This document shows positions 58,672-64,000 of a stretch of DNA of 64,000 nt, piece after piece (the stretch's first letter is position 1; every line of letters begins with the position of its first letter). Under the pieces are notes generated by a model. The model did not search any database and was not told where the DNA came from. It was given only the letters and a program-made list of their open reading frames with translations. Source of the stretch: Tepidisphaeraceae bacterium (GTDB lineage Bacteria > Planctomycetota > Phycisphaerae > Tepidisphaerales > Tepidisphaeraceae); NCBI GenBank assembly GCA_035551995.1, contig DASZME010000083.1:61220-125219 (forward strand). Reading direction: 5' to 3'. Both the position numbers and the translations under genes were made by a program.

Positions 58672-60351
58672 ATGGATACGGAAAAAACCGCGGCGATCGA
58701 AGGATTTGAAAACCTGGGACTTGATCCAAAGCTTCTCGGGACGCTGCGCGAATTGGGATATGAGGAGCCGACCCCGATCCAGCGGGAAGCCATCCCCGCG
58801 CTGCTGACCGGCAAAGACGTGATCGGCCAGGCGGCGACGGGAACGGGGAAGACCGCCGCCTTCGCATTGCCGATGTTGCAGCGCGTGGCGGAAAAGGGAA
58901 AGGGTCGGCCGCAGCCGTCGGCGCTGATTCTAACGCCGACGCGCGAACTGGCGATGCAGGTGGCCGAGGCCATTCACAAGTACGGGCAGAAGCTGAAAGT
59001 CAGCGTGATACCGGTTTACGGCGGGCATTCGTTCGGCCAGCAGCAGCGGATGCTGGAGCGCGGCGTGGACGTGGTCGTCGCCACGCCGGGCCGGGCAGTC
59101 GATCACATTAAGCGCAAGACCCTGGATCTCAGCGGCATTTCGATTCTCACGCTGGATGAAGCGGACGAGATGCTCGATCTCGGATTCGCCGACGATCTGG
59201 AGACGATACTTTCCGAGACGCCGTCGGAACGGCAGACGGTCTTATTTTCAGCGACGCTTCCGCCGCGCATCGCCGGAATGGTCAAGCGGCATTTGAAGGA
59301 TCCGATTCGGATTCAAATCGCCCGCGAGCCGCTGGCCAAGGGAACGGCGCCGAAGGTTCGCCAGACGGCGTACATCATCCCGCGGGCGCGGAAGCTGGAG
59401 GTATTGGGACGGATTCTCGATCTGGAAAATCCAAGCTCGGCGCTGGTCTTCTGCCGAACGCGCACGGAGGTGGACAATCTCACCGAGCGCCTCAGCGCCC
59501 ACGGCTATCGCGCGCAAGCGCTGCACGGCGGGATTTCGCAGGATGATCGAACGCGGGTCATCAAGCGGCTGCGCGAAGGGGCGATCGATCTGGTGATCGC
59601 GACGGACGTGGCGGCGCGGGGATTGGATATCGAGCAACTGGCGCTGGTGGTGAATTACGACGTGCCGGCCACGCCGGATTCTTACGTGCATCGCATCGGC
59701 CGCGTCGGACGGGCGGGGCGGGAGGGCGTGGCCATCACGCTGGCCGACCCGAGAGAATCGCGCCTGCTTCGGCAATTCGAGCTGCAGACCAAGGGAAAGA
59801 TCGGCATCGCGCAGGTTCCGACGGTGGCCGATCTTCGCGCCCGGCGACTGGAATTAACGCAAACGAAACTGCGCGACGCGATCGCCGCCGGCGGATTGGA
59901 CCGATATCGCAACGCGGTGGAATCGATGGCGCGGGAGCATGACCTGATGGATATCGCCATGGCCGCGATGAAATTGGCGCATCATGCGGCGGGGGGAGAT
60001 CGGGAGGATGAGGAAGAAGCCGAGCCCAAAGAATTGGCGCCGGCGCCGCGAGAAGAGCGCGTTCGCGAGCCGCACATGAAGATGGGAAAGATTTATGTGG
60101 GGGCGGGAAAGCTCGCGGGAATTCTGCCGCAGAATCTGGTGGGGGCGATCGCCGGGGGCGTGGGGATCAAGGGTACGTTGATCGGCACGATCGACGTCGC
60201 CGATAAATATTCAACCGTGGAACTTCCCGAACAGCTTATCGAGGATGTGGTCCGCGCGATGAAGAATATCCTGATCAAGGGGAAGCGCGTGGTGGTGCGG
60301 CGGTTTGTCGAAAAAGTCGCTCGGGCGGGCGAGAATTCTGTCCCGGATTAG
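58672..60351 (+). CDS. deaD: DEAD-box ATP-dependent RNA helicase (DeaD/CsdA-like) with C-terminal DbpA-type RNA-binding domain
   Basis: The Q-motif is present (PTPIQ). Motif I is present (AATGTGKTAAFALP). Motif II is present (DEADEM). Motif III is SAT. Motif VI is present (HRIGRVGRAGREG). The C-terminal domain resembles the DbpA RNA-binding domain (MKMGKIYVGAGKLAGILPQNLVGAI...). Confidence 0.9.
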   Translation: MDTEKTAAIEGFENLGLDPKLLGTLRELGYEEPTPIQREAIPALLTGKDVIGQAATGTGKTAAFALPMLQRVAEKGKGRPQPSALILTPTRELAMQVAEAIHKYGQKLKVSVIPVYGGHSFGQQQRMLERGVDVVVATPGRAVDHIKRKTLDLSGISILTLDEADEMLDLGFADDLETILSETPSERQTVLFSATLPPRIAGMVKRHLKDPIRIQIAREPLAKGTAPKVRQTAYIIPRARKLEVLGRILDLENPSSALVFCRTRTEVDNLTERLSAHGYRAQALHGGISQDDRTRVIKRLREGAIDLVIATDVAARGLDIEQLALVVNYDVPATPDSYVHRIGRVGRAGREGVAITLADPRESRLLRQFELQTKGKIGIAQVPTVADLRARRLELTQTKLRDAIAAGGLDRYRNAVESMAREHDLMDIAMAAMKLAHHAAGGDREDEEEAEPKELAPAPREERVREPHMKMGKIYVGAGKLAGILPQNLVGAIAGGVGIKGTLIGTIDVADKYSTVELPEQLIEDVVRAMKNILIKGKRVVVRRFVEKVARAGENSVPD

Positions 60352-60524
60352 CTTCTGTCGATGTGATTACCGGCGCCGCGTCACGCTTGCGTCGTCGCGG
60401 CGCGCCAATCCCCGTGGACGAAAACAGGGCGCGTTTCGTCCGTTCGTGAGGCACACGCCAGTCGCAAGATAGAGCGGTTCAAACCGAAAACCCCAACTTT
60501 TGCCGTAGGCGCTTTCCCGCGCGG

Positions 60525-61037
60525 GTGGGTAGCTTTCTTTCCATGTGGCGAGGCAAAACTCCACTGATCGTCGCGGTTACGGTTTTGGTTCACTGGATAC
60601 TTTGGCTTGCCTATACCAATAACGTCGGCTTTCGCGAGATGATCGCCGGCGCCGTCGCCGCGGTCATTTCAGCCGTGGGGGCGGCGGTATTTGCCGAGCA
60701 GGGGAACATTTGCTTTCGCTTCCGCCGGCGCGATCTGATTCAGGCCGTCTATCTGCCGTGGTATGCGCTGACGGGGACGTGGGAAGTGTTGCAATCTCTT
60801 GCCAAGCAACTCTTTACCCAGGCGGGCGCACCGAGCTTGATCGCCGCGGTTGCCTTTGACGTTGGGGATGACGATCCGATATGCGCCGGCCGGCGCGCCC
60901 TGGCCGTTTCTTACACGACGATCACGCCTAATTTCGTGGTTCTTGGGATCGTGTACGATCAGCGGCTCCTGCTCTACCACCAAATTCTGCCGGGCGAGGT
61001 TTTAACGATGACCCGGCATCTGGGAGCGCGCCCATGA
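60525..61037 (+). CDS. mrpE: Mrp/Mnh-type cation/proton antiporter subunit E
   Basis: The protein is 170 aa, with an N-terminal helix pair (LIVAVTVLVHWILWLAYTNNVGFREMIAGAVAAVISAV). It is typical of MnhE. It is the first gene of an overlapping operon: each downstream gene overlaps the previous one by 4 bp. Confidence 0.7.
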   Translation: MGSFLSMWRGKTPLIVAVTVLVHWILWLAYTNNVGFREMIAGAVAAVISAVGAAVFAEQGNICFRFRRRDLIQAVYLPWYALTGTWEVLQSLAKQLFTQAGAPSLIAAVAFDVGDDDPICAGRRALAVSYTTITPNFVVLGIVYDQRLLLYHQILPGEVLTMTRHLGARP

Positions 61038-61297
61038 CCGGCGACATGAACGTCTGGCTATGGGCGGCTTTTGCGCTGCTGTTTTCGCTCATTCCCTGCA
61101 TGGTGGTGAGTTTTCGCGGCGACGTGGCCGATCGCCTGATCGGGCTGGAACTGACCAGCGTGCTGGTTACCGTTGAACTGGTCCTCCTGGCCGAGGGGTT
61201 CCACCATCCGTCGTTTTACGATCTGCCGCTGACGCTGGTGCTTCTCAGTTTCGGGGGTGGCATGGTCTTCGCTCGGTTCGTGCAAAGGTGGCTATGA
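61034..61297 (+). CDS. mrpF: Mrp subunit F
   Basis: The protein is 87 aa with two or three transmembrane segments (WLWAAFALLFSLIPCMVVSFRGDVADRLIGLELTSVLVTVELVLLA), which matches MnhF. Confidence 0.7.
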   Translation: MTGDMNVWLWAAFALLFSLIPCMVVSFRGDVADRLIGLELTSVLVTVELVLLAEGFHHPSFYDLPLTLVLLSFGGGMVFARFVQRWL

Positions 61298-61668
61298 CGC
61301 ATCATCCGATCATCACTGGAACGCTGCTGGGCGTGGCGGTAGGGCTGGCGATTATTTGCTCCATCGGGCTGATGGCGATGCGTGAATCGTATCAGCGCAT
61401 TCACTTTTCGTCGCCGATCGTGACCCTTTCGATGTTGCTGGTCGTCGTTGCCGTCTTCGTCGAAGAATCGGATTCGCAGGCTCGGATCAAGGTCATTTTG
61501 ATCTACATCCCGATGCTGGTGATGAATTCAATCGTCAATCATGCCACCGCGCGGGCCATTCGTATCCGCCAGGCGGGCCAATGGGAACCAACGGCCCAGG
61601 AAAAGATTCCCGTCGTCGAGAATAAAGGGATCGCCGGCGTCGCTCCCTTTGCGGGAAAGAAATTATGA
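61288..61668 (+). CDS. mrpG: Mrp subunit G
   Basis: The protein is 126 aa ([51 protein letters not shown]), which matches MnhG. Confidence 0.7.
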   Translation: MAMTHHPIITGTLLGVAVGLAIICSIGLMAMRESYQRIHFSSPIVTLSMLLVVVAVFVEESDSQARIKVILIYIPMLVMNSIVNHATARAIRIRQAGQWEPTAQEKIPVVENKGIAGVAPFAGKKL

Positions 61669-61952
61669 TCCTGATCCAATTAATGCTGCTCTTGCTCGTG
61701 GCGATTTCCGGCACGGCGGTTGTCTTTGCGCGCGATCCGTCGACTCAGCCGGTCGGCATCGGATTTTTCGGTTTAATCCTGACGGTGATGTTCATGGCGT
61801 TTCGAGCGCCCGACGTCGCGCTGTCGCAGATCGTGATCGGCACGGTCGGCTTGCCGCTGATGATTTTACTCGCGCTAGCCAAGATGCGCCGCGACGCCCA
61901 ACAACGGGAAACCGCCGAAAAACGGCCGGCGAAAGAAGGGCCCGCGCGATGA
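61665..61952 (+). CDS. DUF4040-type small membrane subunit (MrpA C-terminal / MbhD-like module)
   Basis: The protein is 95 aa with three transmembrane segments (LIQLMLLLLVAISGTAVVFARD...GLILTVMFMAFRAPDVALSQIVIGTVGLPLMILLA). It sits at the position this module occupies in Mbh/Mrp-like operons. Confidence 0.55.
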   Translation: MILIQLMLLLLVAISGTAVVFARDPSTQPVGIGFFGLILTVMFMAFRAPDVALSQIVIGTVGLPLMILLALAKMRRDAQQRETAEKRPAKEGPAR

Positions 61953-62701
61953 ACTCCTCAATGCGCATGGTCTTGTTCTTTTTCGGAGCGGCGGGCATCG
62001 CGCTCTTGCTGGTCTGCGCGTTTGTGCGTCTTCCGGGTCCCCAAAACCTTCGCAGCCGATATCTGAAACGGATCAATGATGGCGCCGTTCCCGAGCGCAA
62101 CGCGACCGACGCGGTAACGGCGGTCAATTTCGATTACCGGGGCTTCGATACCGTCGGCGAAGAATTCATTTTGTTCGTGTCCGTCATGGGATCGATGGTT
62201 CTGCTGCGCCAGGCGTCGGAGAAGCGCGACCAGCCGCTTCCCGACGCGATTACGCCCGCGCGCGACGTGCCGGCCAGCGACGCCGTGCGGCTGTGGATAC
62301 TCATGATGGTGGCGCCCAAAATCCTGTTCGGGATCTATATCGTCTCCCACGGGCAACTGACTCCCGGCGGCGGTTTTCAGGGCGGAGTCATTCTCGCTTC
62401 CTCGGCGTTGATCATCTATGTCGGGGAGAATTTCGAGGTCTTCAAAAAGATACTCTCCCATCCGCTCATTGAAACCGCCGAGGGCGCCGGGGCCGGGTTG
62501 TTCGTATTGATCGGCATGATCGCCTGGTTCTGGGGACGCCCGTTCCTTACCAACACGCTGCCTCTGGGTCAAACCAATGAGCTTACCAGCGCCGGAACCA
62601 TTCCGCTTATCAGCCTCGCCACGGGGCTGGAAGTTACCGCCGGTTTTCTGCTTTTGCTCTTTGCCTTTTTGCAAGAGACGTTGACGGCCAGTTCGGAGTA
62701 A
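61949..62701 (+). CDS. mrpB: Mrp subunit B (MnhB)
   Basis: The MnhB hallmark is present (VTAVNFDYRGFDTVGEEFILFVSVMGSMVLL). The start is at the internal ATG (MNSSMRM) that overlaps the previous stop. The upstream part of the track ORF is Arg-rich and out of character. Confidence 0.75.
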   Translation: MNSSMRMVLFFFGAAGIALLLVCAFVRLPGPQNLRSRYLKRINDGAVPERNATDAVTAVNFDYRGFDTVGEEFILFVSVMGSMVLLRQASEKRDQPLPDAITPARDVPASDAVRLWILMMVAPKILFGIYIVSHGQLTPGGGFQGGVILASSALIIYVGENFEVFKKILSHPLIETAEGAGAGLFVLIGMIAWFWGRPFLTNTLPLGQTNELTSAGTIPLISLATGLEVTAGFLLLLFAFLQETLTASSE

Positions 62702-62739
62702 CTGTTGTCGATCGGTCGCTATCTTCTCCGGAGACGGAC

Positions 62740-63099
62740 GTGGAACACGTTATTTTATATAGTGGCTTTGCCGTCGCGGGCTGGCTGCTGCTGATCGGGC
62801 TGTACGGCATCGTCACCAGCACGCATCTGGTGCATCTGTGCCTGTGTCTGGCCGTGGTGCAGGCATCGACCTATGTCCTGCTGACGGTGATCGGCTATCG
62901 GCCGGGCCTCCCGGCGCCGGTCTTCGTCGATCACGTGCGTCCGGGAAGCCCCGCGGTCGATCCGGTCGTCCAGGCATTGATGCTGACCGACATCGTCGTC
63001 GAGGCGACCGTCGTGGCGCTGCTGTTGGCCATCACCGTGCAGCTTCACAAGAAAACAGGCTCGGCCGATCCGAACCACGTCAACCTGATGCGAGGATAG
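62740..63099 (+). CDS. mrpC: Mrp subunit C (NuoK/ND4L-like)
   Basis: The protein is 119 aa with three transmembrane segments (ILYSGFAVAGWLLLIGLYGIVTSTHLVHLCLCLAVVQASTYVLL). Confidence 0.8.
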   Translation: MEHVILYSGFAVAGWLLLIGLYGIVTSTHLVHLCLCLAVVQASTYVLLTVIGYRPGLPAPVFVDHVRPGSPAVDPVVQALMLTDIVVEATVVALLLAITVQLHKKTGSADPNHVNLMRG

Positions 63100-63101
63100 T
63101 C

Positions 63102-64000
63102 ATGCAGACTCCCGCATTGCCGGTCGTCATTCCGCTCTTGGTGGCCGCGATCCTCGCCGCCGCCGGGAGTCTGCTTCCGCGCCGGATGCTCGACTCCGTG
63201 GCGATTCTCACGTCCGCCGCCGTCTGCGCGATCTGCGTCGTCCTGGTAAAACTTTCCGCCGCCGGACCTATCGTCTACTGGTTCGGCAATTGGAAGCCCG
63301 ATCCCCACGGTCATTTTCCCGTCGGCGTCTGCTTGATGATCGATCCGCTCGGCGCCGGCATGGCGGCGCTGGTGGCGCTGCTGGTGCTGGCGGCATTGAT
63401 ATTCTCATGGTCTTACTTCGAATCCATCAAATCGCTCTATCACTCGCTCATGCTCGTATTTCTGGCGGCCATGTGCGGGGTTTGCCTCACCGGTGATCTG
63501 TTTAATCTCTTCGTCTGGTTCGAGCTGATGACCGCGACCGCCGTGGGTCTCAGCGGCTACAAATCCGACGAGCGGGCGCCGCTCCTGGGAGCGCTGAACT
63601 TCGCCATCAGCAACACCGTCGGCGCTTTTTTGTCGCTGACCGCCGTCGCGCTGCTGTATGCTTTTACCGGGTCGCTGAACATGAGCGAAGTGGGCCGGTC
63701 GCTCGTGGCGCACGATCCGGGGCCGGCGTTCGTGTCGGTGGCGTTTCTTTTGCTCATCAGCGGCTTTCTCGTCAAGGCGGCCGCGTTCCCGTTTCATTTC
63801 TGGCTTGCCGACGCTCATGCCGTGGCGCCCACGCCCGTCTGCATTCTCTTTTCCGGCGTGATGGTGGAACTCGGCGTCTATGCCATCGCGCGTCTTTACT
63901 GGGTCATCTTCGCTCCGCTGCTGGGAGCGGATTCTCACGCGGTGCAAGTCGTTCTGCTGACGATGGGATGTTGCGGCGCGCTGGTCGGCGGCGTCTTCTG
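63102..64000 (+). CDS. mrpD: Mrp subunit D (NuoN/ND2-like proton-pumping subunit), 3'-truncated by the window end
   Basis: The ATG at 63102 opens a frame that stays open to base 64000. Antiporter-module motifs are present (WFELMTATAVGLSGYKS, FPFHFWLADAHAVAPTPVCILFSGVMVELGVYAIARLY). The gene is not in the ORF track because no stop lies inside the window. Confidence 0.8.
   Translation, partial: MQTPALPVVIPLLVAAILAAAGSLLPRRMLDSVAILTSAAVCAICVVLVKLSAAGPIVYWFGNWKPDPHGHFPVGVCLMIDPLGAGMAALVALLVLAALIFSWSYFESIKSLYHSLMLVFLAAMCGVCLTGDLFNLFVWFELMTATAVGLSGYKSDERAPLLGALNFAISNTVGAFLSLTAVALLYAFTGSLNMSEVGRSLVAHDPGPAFVSVAFLLLISGFLVKAAAFPFHFWLADAHAVAPTPVCILFSGVMVELGVYAIARLYWVIFAPLLGADSHAVQVVLLTMGCCGALVGGVF

Noticed and set aside
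1-64000. CRISPR arrays, rRNA genes, integrases, transposases and phage genes
   Set aside because: I looked for regularly spaced direct repeats with unique spacers and for recombinase or transposase motifs. None were found. The only tandem or dispersed repeats are the MITE-A and B families, the 17-bp operator-like repeat and the rnr duplicate.

Overview
This is a high-GC (about 62-65%) chromosomal segment, most likely from a Planctomycetota/PVC-type bacterium. That assignment is an inference from the giant DUF11/autotransporter-repeat surface protein, the PEP-CTERM protein, FloA/NfeD, the long N-terminal extension on sigma-70 and the GC content. It is mostly core genome. It opens with the 3' 7 kb of a giant cell-surface adhesin-like protein that runs off the window, followed by a PEP-CTERM protein. 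Next is a dnaG-rpoD macromolecular-synthesis pair, then tRNA-Ser(GGA), trpD, an nfeD-floA (flotillin) operon, galK, tmk-holB, mutY, a WecA/MraY-family sugar-phosphate transferase and a UDP-glucose dehydrogenase. The middle of the window carries RNase R, a BON/YflT stress-protein pair and gyrA. After these comes a glycan-related locus: GH5, two GT-B glycosyltransferases, a large polytopic membrane protein and a 742-aa unknown protein. A PIN-type toxin-antitoxin pair sits inside that locus. The rest of the window has xseA, a PmoA-family protein, trkH, an orphan hisI, a HEPN/MNT toxin-antitoxin pair, a large SPFH/flotillin protein, a DEAD-box helicase and an Mrp-type cation/proton antiporter module in the unusual order E-F-G-B'-B-C-D, truncated by the window end. 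The most notable non-coding structure is two families of dispersed intergenic repeats. Family A is a ~180-230 bp MITE-like element with terminal inverted repeats and internal hairpins; it has three copies, one inverted, and two of them bracket the PmoA-family gene. Family B is a ~70 bp REP-like element with a GC-hairpin core; it has four to five copies, two of which flank the wecA-like gene as direct repeats. Other points of interest are a 69-bp duplication of the 3' end of rnr about 600 bp downstream of the gene, and an AT-rich island upstream of rnr with an apparent frameshifted gene remnant. No CRISPR array, rRNA or integrase/transposase gene was seen. I did not recognise a defined defence island; the candidates for something new are the MITE-bracketed cargo gene, the repeat families, the toxin-antitoxin-containing glycan locus and the Mbh-type Mrp module.
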